A stretch of 64,000 nt of DNA from the NCBI GenBank assembly GCA_022605425.2, contig JAKIMF020000001.1:2542001-2606000 (forward strand), read 5' to 3'. Below, piece by piece: positions 13,030-24,145 of this stretch. The position numbers and the translations under genes were made by a program. Below the pieces are notes generated by a model that saw only the letters and a list, made by a program, of their open reading frames with translations, did no database searches and was not told the DNA's origin. The stretch comes from Hamiltosporidium tvaerminnensis FI-OER-3-3 (Eukaryota > Fungi > Microsporidia). How positions within the stretch are numbered: the first letter of the stretch is position 1; each line of letters opens with the position of its first letter.

Positions 13030-13925
13030 ATAAAAGAAAATTAATAAATTAAAAGCCATCTGCACGGCAAAGGGTATGTGAAATTGGCTTGAAGGCGGAT
13101 GTTTAAACTTTTGATGTAATAAAAAGACATCTTACACTTTTGGTAATTTTATGGGAAGTGTATATAGAGAAGATATTCTACCAATTATGAAACTTCTTCA
13201 ATAAATACATTTTAAAGTTTTTTATGTACTAGATCGGAAGCCATGACAGAAATTGTAAGTAATCAGAATGCAAAAGTAAAGAAACCTAGCCTTGCTCAGA
13301 CTAATTAGAAGACTCGGTGCCTAGAATATACTAAAAAAACCATTTTTTAAGAAGTATAGGAAATCAAGCAGATGTTTATACCTTTTAGTATGACATTTCA
13401 CTGTCTAGGTGGATCCCATGTAAGTCACCGAGATATAAGTAACAAACTCCGCGGTGCTACAGCCCTGGGAGAGATCGGGACTCTTAACGATTCTCTCTTT
13501 TCTTGTCTATTGTGCCTAAAGTTTTTCCAATGCAATAAATTAAGTTTTCTTAGATCTTTCCTAGCCTCATCTAGCCATCTTTTTCTCGGTCTAGTTGCTG
13601 AAATATACCTTAGCTAAAAGTCTTTTGGGTTCAAAATGCGTAGAGTAAGTTAGAATGCTGCATAGTTTTTTTTGGGGAGAAGCGCAGATTGGGCTTCGAT
13701 CACACTCCATGCAACATACAATAACGAACACCGGGCAACTGCTTCACACATTAATTGGGTTATCACACTTTTTAAAGATATTATTTTGATACTGTATGTA
13801 GGAGAATATCGATGGGGTGTTGGGGGGTGCATTTATTTATGTTAAACCTAGAACTGCGTTAATGTTGAAAAAAATATAACACTTGCCACTGTCTAAAAAA
13901 AGATGTGATATTTTTTAAATAAAAA
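13030..13925 (+). mobile_element. copy of the long structured retroposon, interrupted by a nested RTE insertion
   Basis: Matches 27788-28515 (GAAACCTAGCCTTGCTCA, CACTGTCTAGGTGGATCCCATGTAAGTC, GATCACACTCCATGCAAC, GTTAAACCTAGAACTGCGTTAATG); 5' boundary approximate. Confidence 0.85.
13438..13597 (-). mobile_element. nested RTE 3' fragment
   Basis: Reverse complement encodes RPRKRWLDEARKDLRKL and ends CAGGGCTGTAGCACCGCGGAG; degenerate TSD CCGAGATATA (13428-13437) / CTGAAATATA (13598-13607). Confidence 0.8.
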
Positions 13926-14624
13926 TTTTTGATAAGACATTAAACAATATAACGCTTATTAAAATATAAATTGAATCGGCTATAAATAGCTTCAGATAAT
14001 TGAAATGGATAACTTGTGAAGTAAGAAATTTTAGAGAACCAACTGTATCATATTAATAGAAACTCATTAAGAATTTCGTACAAGCCAGCTTAAAATATTA
14101 TTCATTTAGCATCAGAAATATTACCTTCAAATGTAGCAACTATCAGTAAGAATATAGTCAAATATTCAATCGATAGTATTTTAAAATTTATAGTTTATTT
14201 CTTTAAATGTTGAAAGAACATTAAGTAGGATCGAATAATGTTTTTAAATTTTCAAAACGAATATAAGATGTCATAAAAAGGGTAGAAATATATTAAAATC
14301 ATATTTTTCATTGAGAATACATCTAAAAAGGAAGAGAATAATAAACAAAAAGAACATCAAAATTATTAAATCTCTTAGTTGAATATACGAGTTTAGAAAC
14401 AAAGAACTGGCTTCAAATAAAACCCCAAACTTATTAAAAATTCCTTACTTTGGATTATGATTTCAGAGACAAAAAATTTAGTTCAAAATAAGAAAAGGAA
14501 TCAAATATAAATGAATGTGCAAGGATAACAGAAATATAAATAAGCATATAAATTTAAGCTCGGAATTGATTTTGCATTTTTTAGAAAACTGGGGTTTCTT
14601 TGGAAAATATTTAATATAAAAAAC

Positions 14625-14708
14625 CAGGGTTAGAATTCAAAAAAATTTAAAATTTCAATTTCTTTGAAAAAATATAAAAAATCATAAAAACAGGGTTAGA
14701 ATTCAAAA
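14625..14708 (+). promoter_or_regulatory. duplicated CAGGGTTAGAATTCAAAA motif upstream of RPL6
   Basis: Exact 18-bp direct repeat at 14625-14642 and 14691-14708, about 55-140 bp before the ATG. Confidence 0.4.
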
Positions 14709-14764
14709 TTTTAAAATTTCTATTTTCTTAAAATTTTAAAATAAAAAAATACGATCCCCTTAAA

Positions 14765-15286
14765 ATGATAAGAAGAATACGATTGAATCCAGAAGATGCA
14801 GGCTTTTATCCAGCAGATGATTTACCAGAATATGTTGAAAAACTTGAAGAACAATTTTCACTTTGTCCTACTCCACCTTACAGAAAAGATCTTGTAAAAG
14901 GAAATATTGTTGTTGTATTGGATGGAGAATTTATTTCTTCAAGAATTATATTTCTCAAACAGTTACCAAACTATATGGCACTTTGTATTGGTCCCTTTAA
15001 TATTAACAAAGTACCACTTTTCAAGATCCATGAAAAATATCTTTTAAAAACTTCAACTATTCTTGATATCAGATGTGAATTTCATGTCAGAGAAAATGAA
15101 ATTTATGAGTCAAAAGTAGGAAATAAAAAACAATTTAATTCCAATGAACATGTTCAGTGTGATCAAGAAAAAGAAATTCAAGAATATGTAATGAGATCAG
15201 TTGATAATTTTAGAGGAATGAAAGGGTATCTTGCAGCTCCTTTCAAGTTACCTAAAGGATTTTCTATTCCTGATATCAAGTTTTAA
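14765..15286 (+). CDS. RPL6: 60S ribosomal protein L6 (eL6)
   Basis: eL6 motifs LVKGNIVVVLDG..SRIIFLKQL..GPFNINKVPL..YLLKTST..YLAAPFKL; CCCC upstream of ATG. Confidence 0.88.
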   Translation: MIRRIRLNPEDAGFYPADDLPEYVEKLEEQFSLCPTPPYRKDLVKGNIVVVLDGEFISSRIIFLKQLPNYMALCIGPFNINKVPLFKIHEKYLLKTSTILDIRCEFHVRENEIYESKVGNKKQFNSNEHVQCDQEKEIQEYVMRSVDNFRGMKGYLAAPFKLPKGFSIPDIKF

Positions 15287-15607
15287 TTAAAATATGATTT
15301 TTATTTATTCGACATTTATGATTTTCTAGGGATATTTTCTAATTTTCTTTAAAATTTCTTTTTTAAATAAAATTTGATTTGAAACTTTTATATTTTTAAT
15401 GTAATTCTGTATTAAAAGATTTTTTTAATTTTTAAAATTTTCTTCTTCCTCTTTAGCCATCAAGTTTTTACAAATTTTATGTAATTAAATCAAAAAAAGA
15501 AATAAATTGGTTTCTTGAGAGTAGAATTTATTTTTAATTGTAAAATAAGTTAAAATTAAAAATAAATTTAAAGAAAGAAAATATCATCGTTGTATTAGTT
15601 GAACTAA

Positions 15608-15725
15608 ATTATTATGAAATTTAAAATCTATTTATTCACTTAGAGAATGAATAGTTTCATTGGCTAGACAAATTTATTATAAAATTTAAAATCTATTTAT
15701 TCACCTAGAGAATGAATAATTTTAT
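15608..15725. repeat. local tandem duplication (~65-bp period)
   Basis: AAATTTAAAATCTATTTATTCAC(T/C)TAGAGAATGAATA occurs twice. Confidence 0.75.
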
Positions 15726-15820
15726 TACTTGAACTAATGCTACATATTTGTTTATTCGTTATTGGAAGAAAATTAGATAACTTAAATTTAAAATAACCAT
15801 TTTTTAATTAAAATAACAGA

Positions 15821-16861
15821 TTAATCGAAGGTGTCGAATTCTAAATCTTCATTTTTTAAATCCAAAGAAATACCTGAAGGTAGAAAAAATCTTTGATGTA
15901 ATTGTTTTTTGAGATATTTAATACATTTTTCATTAAAAAATCCATGTTTTTCGTCATAGACTGAATTTAAATATTTATTTTTATTTTTTTCTATTTCTTC
16001 GAAAATTTCTGGTCGATCTATAACCGCAACTTTCTTATAATTTAATGTACAATATATATCTTGAAACTTGTAACATTCTGGATACAGAGTAGGATCATAA
16101 CCATATTTTACCCAGATGAATGACCATGGTCCCGAATAATACAAATATGCAACCATTGGAAAAAACCTACGTATGGAATCTTGACTAAGATCTGTACATT
16201 TGTTTTGTAATATATCATTGCATACGTCTTTTGTTCTAAAAATATTGTGGTTTTCTACAAATTTATTTAAATATTTCACAGCCTTTTCAAATAAATTTCC
16301 ATATTTAGAAAGCTCATCATATATTTCTTTTGTATAACTGATTGGTACTTTTTCTTTTGGTTTAATTTGAATAGCAATTTTTCTTTTCGTTTTTTTGTAG
16401 GACGTATCTTTAAAATTATAATTTCCACAGATACCCGGCATTGAAACAATCGGTGGCATATAAACTGGAACAGAAATTTCTTTATTGATATATTTTTTAT
16501 TAAATTCTTTGGAAAATTCTAAAACTTTTTCATCTTCTTCGTAGATAAGATTTTGATACAAATCCGAATAAAAAGAAAGTGCAGCTGATTCAATCGGAAT
16601 ATAAAAATCTATCGGTGTAACACATTCGTATAATTCTTTTGTATGAGAAATTATAGAAAGATTTTTATCTATTCGTACGTGAAAATATGTTGTTTTTGAT
16701 ATTTTTTTTGTTGCCAAAACTTTTTTTGAATCTATTTTTTGTATGATTCGTATTTCATAACCGTCTTTGATTTTGATAATTTGATTATCAAAATTTTCTG
16801 AAATATTGAAAGGCCATTCAATTATATCAAATGACTCTTCTCTTGCAAAATTCGACATCAT
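15821..16861 (-). CDS. TFC1: RNA polymerase III transcription factor TFIIIC subunit tau95 (Tfc1/GTF3C5)
   Basis: Tau95 signature FPMVAYLYYSGPWSFIWVKYGYDP..KFQ. Confidence 0.8.
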   Translation of the reverse strand: MMSNFAREESFDIIEWPFNISENFDNQIIKIKDGYEIRIIQKIDSKKVLATKKISKTTYFHVRIDKNLSIISHTKELYECVTPIDFYIPIESAALSFYSDLYQNLIYEEDEKVLEFSKEFNKKYINKEISVPVYMPPIVSMPGICGNYNFKDTSYKKTKRKIAIQIKPKEKVPISYTKEIYDELSKYGNLFEKAVKYLNKFVENHNIFRTKDVCNDILQNKCTDLSQDSIRRFFPMVAYLYYSGPWSFIWVKYGYDPTLYPECYKFQDIYCTLNYKKVAVIDRPEIFEEIEKNKNKYLNSVYDEKHGFFNEKCIKYLKKQLHQRFFLPSGISLDLKNEDLEFDTFD

Positions 16862-16890
16862 GGATTCAAATATTTATTTTTAAAATATTT

Positions 16891-17322
16891 TTATGGTTTC
16901 CAAATATTTCCGTATTTATCAACAGGAACGGGTATAACTTTAACAATACAAATTCTTTTTGGTTCTCCAGGTATAACAACTTTTCTCACGCGTGGTTTCC
17001 AATTAAAATTGTATTTTTCTTCATCTCCATTATTTTTTGCCATTTCATTCGTCTTGTCAGATTTTTCATTAGCATTTAAATCCTCTAAAGTATTATTTGA
17101 ATCATCGTTAATTGTGTCTGGCTGTGTAGAATTGTTATAGTTTTCATTTTGTTCGTCACCACCAGAGCTCCCACTACTTGAAACATTACCTGCTATATTA
17201 CTCAAATCGATATTCTTATTACTATTTGGTAGATTATAATCACTTTTAAGAAAATTGGTATCTTCAAAAAAGTTTCCTAAAAAACAGTTTATAAAATGCA
17301 AACAAAAAATAAATCGAAACAT
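16891..17322 (-). CDS. hypothetical secreted protein
   Basis: ATG 17322 gives signal-like MFRFIFCLHFINCFLG followed by an Asn/Ser/Asp-rich region. Confidence 0.65.
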   Translation of the reverse strand: MFRFIFCLHFINCFLGNFFEDTNFLKSDYNLPNSNKNIDLSNIAGNVSSSGSSGGDEQNENYNNSTQPDTINDDSNNTLEDLNANEKSDKTNEMAKNNGDEEKYNFNWKPRVRKVVIPGEPKRICIVKVIPVPVDKYGNIWKP

Positions 17323-18394
17323 TAACTTATCCAAAACAAAGTATTTTATATTTCTTTAGCAAGATTTCATGTGAAACACGTTTTAAATATTTTTCGTGTC
17401 TTTTGTATGAAACAAATATTTTAAAATTTGTTTCGCAGTTATTTAATCATCAAATTCAACTCTCTATTAATAAAAAAAAACAAATCTATCATAGCTCATT
17501 TCTGTGTTGCTATAGTTAACCGAAAGAAATTTAATTTATCAAACCAAATTATTTCTTTGATATAAATTTTAACAAACTCTAGCATGAATGCATATAAAAA
17601 TAATAATTATCACATTATCAAAATCTGCCGCCAAAGATGTACATAAGGTATACTAAGAAGAAATGAACCATTTAAATCTCCTAAATAAACGAAAAAATTT
17701 ATAAATTTATAAATCTGCACATTTATAGATAAAAAAATTAAAAATTTGATATAGATTTGCTTGAATGTATAAGTCAATCTCTTTTTGGTGGGTCCATCCT
17801 AATTTTTAGTTTTAAGATTAAAAAATTTGGTGGAATTTTAAATTTGAATAAGTAAAATTTGTTAAAAAAATAGACCGACCAATTCCGTATAGGCATCGAT
17901 TTATCTTTTTATACCAACATTTTTTCAAAATTTTATGTAACTGTCTCTTTATTAGAAGAATAAAATCAATAAGATGTTCTTTTTCTCATATTTTGAATCA
18001 CCGATTTGAAAATAAAATTTTAACTGAGATGTAAAAGAATAATTAATTACAAACAAATCAAATTTTATAGATAAATTGAATTTAAATACTCATAAAACAG
18101 AAGAGTTTAAAGTGGTCAAAGGTGTAAAAAAAATATATTAACGTAAGTATGACATTTTTTAAGCGTAATTTCAAGAAATACTTATAAATATCGAATCTTA
18201 TAGTTTCGTCTGAGATGAGAATTAAACCGTCTAAAATACCACGCGGGAGATCTACTAAATGCCGAGAAGGCGGCTTTAAATTCGAGGCATTCAAATGACC
18301 GCACTCATTTAACGGATGTACAAATCACGGATGGGGCTATGTTGAAACAAACTTAAAAAAAAATTATAATTTCAAATAAGCTATTTCAGATCAA

Positions 18395-19116
18395 TAGAAG
18401 GGTGAGTAAAACCTCATAAAAAAACCATCTGCTTGGTAATAATTAGATAAATTGGCATGAAAGTCTTTTTTCGGTTTCTACTATCATGAAGAAGGCACAA
18501 ATTTTTGGTTGATTCATGGAAGTTATATATTAAATTGAAAGTCTACCAAATGATTAACATTTCTCTACATGTCTATTTTGTAGTTTTTTATGTAACCAGA
18601 TTTCAGACAGCTATTGAAATTGTAGGTATTTGCCATTAAAATACATGAAAACATAGCTTTTCCCACTCGGATAGATGACTTAGCGCCTGTGAAATATAAA
18701 AATAGACTCTTTTGACAAAAATTCTAAGAAGCAGGTTATACCTTTTGGTATGACATTGTACTGGCTAGGCGTACCTCATATAAATTTCCGAAATATATAT
18801 TAGCTAGAAGTTTATTATGTTCGGAAAGTGTAGAGTAAGTGGGGAGGCTGCATGGTCTTGTTGGTGCCAAGGATGGGTTTTCTTTTGATCAACCTAAATT
18901 AAACGAACATTAACGAACTCCGGACAACTTTAGATCCCATTAATAAGGTTTTATACACCTGGTAGATGAAAGGCTTTGGAATGTAGGTATCGCAGGGGTA
19001 TCGATGGAGTGTTGGGAAAGCAGTTATTTATGTTAAACACAGAACTGGGTTAATATAATTAAAACAATAAATCAAACGTCACGCTTTGAAAAATATGTGA
19101 TGTTTTTTAAATAAAA
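18395..19116 (+). mobile_element. copy of the long structured retroposon
   Basis: Colinear with 27788-28515; residual flanking repeat AGATCAA at 18388-18394 and 19119-19125. Confidence 0.85.
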
Positions 19117-19349
19117 TGAGATCAAAGCAATAATTAACTTACACTAAATAATCTAAAATCAACATTTCCAGATAATCAAATAGATTTAAATAAAACATCC
19201 AACAAGCAAATATAATTCAACTATTATATAAAAACATTATATTATTCTATAAAAAAGCTCAAATTTCAAACTATTCTGTGTGTTTATTAAATAAAATATA
19301 TTAAAAGTTAAAATATTTTTGTTTATGGCAAAAAGATTCGAAACCAATT

Positions 19350-19600
19350 ATGCTTAATACCCAATGCCTTAGGGGCCACTGAGAGCCTGAATTTACTGTA
19401 TCATTTCATCTTTCATCACCAAAGGTCTGTTTTTCTTATTCGTCTATACCAAGGTAACATATATATATTTTTTTATAAAGACATTAAGTTTTAGGGCAAC
19501 CCCTAAGCTATAAATGTTTCGGTTTGCTTGTGTATGTTTTTCACACGAATTTCTAATTCTTTCAGGATAACCTAGCTGTCGTAGCCTGTTTCTTTTTCCT
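19350..19600 (-). mobile_element. highly degenerate RTE 3' fragment
   Basis: Reverse complement shows LGYPERI..RGCPK remnants and an RTE-like end CAGGCTCTCAGTGGCCCCTAAGGCATTGGG. Confidence 0.45.
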
Positions 19601-20739
19601 TTTCAAATAAACTTAAAAATATATTCGTAACATTTAAGAAATTAAATTATGATCATTCAAATTTTTTTAGCTCGGAATTCATTTATAAATTCATTTTTAG
19701 AGGTTTAAAAATGGTCTATATTGATATTTTTTTAAAAATACCGTGATTTATGCGAATTTACTATGTTACTAATCTTATAAATTTATTTCATTGAAAATTC
19801 TTTTTGGAAATATATTTGAATTTTAGAATATTTTTTATACTGCTTATAAATTGTTTTCAAGTAACTTTGCAATTTTATTCTAAACTTTTCGATTTATAAA
19901 GTACAGATATGTTTTTAAAAATAGCAAAAAAAAATTCTGATAATTCTAATCATATGCAATTTGATATGATTTGGTTTTTTTATCATTAACTTTCTGGATT
20001 TATAATGTTCTGGTTCTAATGCTTAATAGCTCGCGATTTTTCTATTCTTTATTTTCTTTCAAAAGCTCATTTTTATTTTTTTATACTCAAATAATTCTCC
20101 AATGTTTAAATATAAAACTGTAAATAACCAAATAAATTAACAGAAAGATTACTAATCAAATCAATCATCTATTTCTAAGTAATAAAATTCAATCTCACTC
20201 TGTAATATTGTAAAAAATACTTTCAATAATTAAAAAAACATCTTTTGTATAAAATATTTCAAACTTTCTTTTTGAAGACAAAAAGTTGCAATAAATACAT
20301 GGAAATTCTATTGTAAAATAAGTTACAAATCAGGAAAAGTTTTAAATTCTAAAATTTATACTTTTTTGCTATAATGGTTAGTTTTTGTATTATATTTGAT
20401 CATTATAAGTATCAAAATGTATTAAAGATATAAAAATAATCTTATTAATGAATATATTTACTGTTTAAATAGTATAAAGAGTAATACAATTTGATTAAAT
20501 ATAATAATTGCTGATAGAATATTCACACTATTCTTCAATAATACATTTCATTTTTCGTCTTTAAATTTTCAGAATATTTATGCAGTCCACAAAAAATAAT
20601 TAATTTAAAGTTTATTTTGTTAAATAATTTTTCGATTTAATTTAACGATAATCGTAAAAAAAAGACATTTCGATAAAAATTTGAAAAAGAAAAATTTTCA
20701 CAAAAAAGAAAAGAAAATATTTTAAAAAAGAAATCAGTT

Positions 20740-21840
20740 TTATAAATTTTGACTTTTATTGATGTCTCGAATAAAATCTGAATGGCTTTTATTCAAATAT
20801 GTAAATATAAAAGAATCAGGGGATAAATTACACAAGAATGTATCACAAGTTGAAAAATCAAATACATTTTCATCAAAAATTCTTCTTTTAAATTTATCTA
20901 AACACTTATTTTCAGATACTTTTTGAACAAGACACCATTTTAAAAAATTTAAACCAATAATTTTGTGTTTCAAGTATATTTTTAAAATATATTTCAATTT
21001 AAAAAATTCCTGATAGAAATTTTGACTATACAACGAAAACTTATTAAAAAGAATAATATCAGTAAAGAATATTCTATGAAATGACTGATCACTTAACAGT
21101 CCTTTCAATGGAACCAGCATTTTGCGTATTTTTTTACTGTTTTTCAAACAAAAATTAAATTTATTTTTAGATTTGACGTATCTCATCATCAAGAAAATAT
21201 TTGATTGAATTTTTTTTAGTGCCTTGCTTGGTGGAACAAAAATAATATTTTTTGGTTTAATAGATTCACATAAGTGAAGCATATAAAGTTGATTGTATTG
21301 AAGAAATTTTGACGGTTTTTTGTTACAGAAATTATCAATTTTTGATAAATCGTACTTTTGAAATTCCAAAAATACCTTTTCTACATTTTCTATTGTAAAT
21401 TCTTTAAACAGCTGTAATAAAAGAAACACTGAATACGTAAATCCATGATTAAATTTTACTAAAATATTTTCATTTGATGATTGATGAGACACATAAAATA
21501 AAAATTTATCAAAAAATATATTTTTAGTTGCATTGTAACAAAAATAAGTTATTTCTTTATAAATCTGAGTAACTTTATCATTTTTATAATGCATGTAATA
21601 AGAAGACCCCAGGGTTTGAGGATATTCTTGTCCCTCAAGATACAAATAAAAAAGAATAAACAATAAAGTATCATTTGTCCATTGAGAAGGTGGTGAAATG
21701 TTTAGATCAGATACCAACAGATCCATAGTATTATTCCCTATTTCTATACAGGAATGCATTTTTTCTAATATTTGTTCATCTTTATATTCCACTTCAATAT
21801 TTTCTGAGAATTTTTTTATATCAAAAAAGGCATTTTTCAT
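20740..21840 (-). CDS. MAK10: NatC N-acetyltransferase auxiliary subunit Mak10/NAA35-like (short)
   Basis: MHSCIEIGNNTMD and YLEGQEYPQTLGSSYY match the Mak10 motifs (SAxEI.D.KMD; WLxGxSLAQT..C.Y). Confidence 0.65.
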   Translation of the reverse strand: MKNAFFDIKKFSENIEVEYKDEQILEKMHSCIEIGNNTMDLLVSDLNISPPSQWTNDTLLFILFYLYLEGQEYPQTLGSSYYMHYKNDKVTQIYKEITYFCYNATKNIFFDKFLFYVSHQSSNENILVKFNHGFTYSVFLLLQLFKEFTIENVEKVFLEFQKYDLSKIDNFCNKKPSKFLQYNQLYMLHLCESIKPKNIIFVPPSKALKKIQSNIFLMMRYVKSKNKFNFCLKNSKKIRKMLVPLKGLLSDQSFHRIFFTDIILFNKFSLYSQNFYQEFFKLKYILKIYLKHKIIGLNFLKWCLVQKVSENKCLDKFKRRIFDENVFDFSTCDTFLCNLSPDSFIFTYLNKSHSDFIRDINKSQNL

Positions 21841-22099
21841 TGAAATCGAAGGGGAAGTATTTATTTCTGGTTGATTAAAATAAAAAAATTTCTTTTGCCC
21901 CGGAAAAACAGAATAAAAAAATTTGAATCGAAACTAAAATTATTTTAACGAATACCTGTTTTCAAGTAATCTAAGATTGTATTAATTTAATCCTTTCAAA
22001 ATATTTGGAAACGCAAATTAAAAATTTAATTAAATCATTCACTGATTTTAGGATCAAATTAATATGTTATAATCTGTGATGTTTCCTTGGAGAAGTATC

Positions 22100-22153
22100 G
22101 TTAAGAAGGCTTGGACTCTTCAAGAGCTGTAATGCCGCAGAGTAAGTAAGTAA
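22100..22153 (+). mobile_element. RTE 3' terminal tail with (TAAG)n
   Basis: GTTAAGAAGGCTTGGACTCTTCAAGAGCTGTAATGCCGCAGAGTAAGTAAGTAA. Confidence 0.7.
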
Positions 22154-22290
22154 CCTGGGATGTTATTGTGACCAAATACCATAAAATGTATCTTAAAATT
22201 ATTTAATTCAATCAGAAAATAGAGGCTTGTATACAATCCATAGTACTTAAAATATTTTTTATGTCACTTTTTGATATAAAAAAGGAAATT
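22153..22290 (+). mobile_element. degenerate RLE-LINE fragment
   Basis: ACCTGGGATGTTATTGTGACCAAATACCATAAA..ATAGTACTTAA aligns to 921-1018. Confidence 0.65.
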
Positions 22291-22814
22291 AATAAATTTA
22301 AATTCATATCTTTAGTGTAGTTAGTGTAACTAACACGCTGGACTAAACTTTTTGAATAGTTTGAGATTCCTCAACGCACTACCCCATTCTTCTTTACATT
22401 CATAAAACTTCTCCAGAGTAGTTAGTAAACCCAATATGGAGAAAAATAATTTCTGTAAAAATGAATATTTTTTGACCAATAAAAAGCAAATAGTTTATAA
22501 AATTTGGATATAAAGTTTAAACTTTTAAACAAAAATTTTATTAAATTGATACAAAAATAAGTCGATAAAATACAAAATTTGTATTTTTAAATAACAATTT
22601 TATTATATGAATTTCTGGATTGAAACTTTTTTCACACTTTTGCATATTTTCTTCTACTTCTTTAGCCACCATGTTTAGTCTTTTAAATGCGACACATAAA
22701 AAACATAAAAATTGGGTTTTAAAATAACAACTTAGCCTATATAAATAATTAAAATTTAACTTTAGAATAAATATTTTGATTCTCAGATTTTTTAATAAAA
22801 TATTTTATTAAAAT

Positions 22815-23795
22815 TTAACTAATATTAAATTTGTGTCCTATTTGATACAATATTTCTCCTGCCAATATCTCATGAATCAGTATTTTTCTATACGAATTCA
22901 TTTTTTTATAAACAAAATTTATTTCTTTATTTTCGATTCGATATCTAGCATACAAACAACAAAATACACCACAATCATCTGAATTATACTGTTTTGGAAT
23001 ATTTTTTATATTGCGAATACCAAAACAATTATAATTTGGTAAACCGGTTGCAATGAAATATTCTTTGATTTTTTTGCAGACAAAAATATCGAAGAATCCT
23101 AATGAATTGTAATATTCGATTGATTTAGAATATAAATCTACAACTACCAAAGTCCAATGGCTATTTTTATGAATCGGTATTAAAATCAACTCGTAATTAG
23201 AAATATCTTGATTTAAATTCCATTTTCTCACCCACTCAATACCTTTTTCACACAAAGTAGTATAAAAATAAGTAGAAAATACTTTTATAAATTTTCCTGT
23301 TTTCATAGAATATTCTTCAATAATTTTAAAATAAAAATTTATAATTTTGTCGTTCAACCAATTCCTTGGTAATAAAGTACAGAAATCTGTAAAATAAATT
23401 CCCATTTTATATTTTTTTACGAAAATATCTTTTTTCAACATTTTTTTAATTAAAATATTTAAATCGTAATACGAATCAAATGAAGAATTTCCAGTTTTAA
23501 ATTTTTCTTTTAAATAAATTTCTACTAATCTCTTTGTATTTGAATAACTTAAACATAAAAATTTGTAAATAAAATCATCAATAAAATACTTTTCGTTCAG
23601 AATATCAAAATATTTTGATATTTTCTCTTCATTTTTTATTATTATTATTTTATCATCATTTCCAATATTATGTTGTATATTTTCTTCTTTAATTGTTATG
23701 TTTATATTCTTTATATTCTCTTTAATACAAAAATCATTATCACAACTACTTTCTGACACATCTTCATAACTCAACTTGAAATCATAATCATTCAT
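22815..23795 (-). CDS. ULP1: Ulp1/SENP-family SUMO protease (peptidase C48)
   Basis: WLNDKIINFY, IPIHKNSHW, PKQYNSDDCGVFCC; the catalytic Asp position reads Asn (YYNSLG). Confidence 0.9.
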   Translation of the reverse strand: MNDYDFKLSYEDVSESSCDNDFCIKENIKNINITIKEENIQHNIGNDDKIIIIKNEEKISKYFDILNEKYFIDDFIYKFLCLSYSNTKRLVEIYLKEKFKTGNSSFDSYYDLNILIKKMLKKDIFVKKYKMGIYFTDFCTLLPRNWLNDKIINFYFKIIEEYSMKTGKFIKVFSTYFYTTLCEKGIEWVRKWNLNQDISNYELILIPIHKNSHWTLVVVDLYSKSIEYYNSLGFFDIFVCKKIKEYFIATGLPNYNCFGIRNIKNIPKQYNSDDCGVFCCLYARYRIENKEINFVYKKMNSYRKILIHEILAGEILYQIGHKFNIS

Positions 23796-24145
23796 TTTTT
23801 TACAGTTTTTTTTACAAAATAAAAATTATAAAAGTTGAATAAAAATGTGGATTTATTAATTTTAACGCTCTAAATTTTTATGTCAGTTTTTTTATTCTTT
23901 GTTTTACTCCTTTTTTAAATTCAGGAGAATATTGATGAGATATTTTGAAAAACTTATTTCAAATACCACATTTTTCCTGTAATTTAGGTTTTTTTATAAA
24001 TTAATCATTTTCTACTCTTTAAGAGATATAAAATCATAATTTATTTATAATAACAATTTATAATATTCGGAATAAATATTAAGTAAAATCTAACAATTTA
24101 AAGTCTTACAATTTAAAAAAAATAATAAAAATCTTTTTTATTTCT

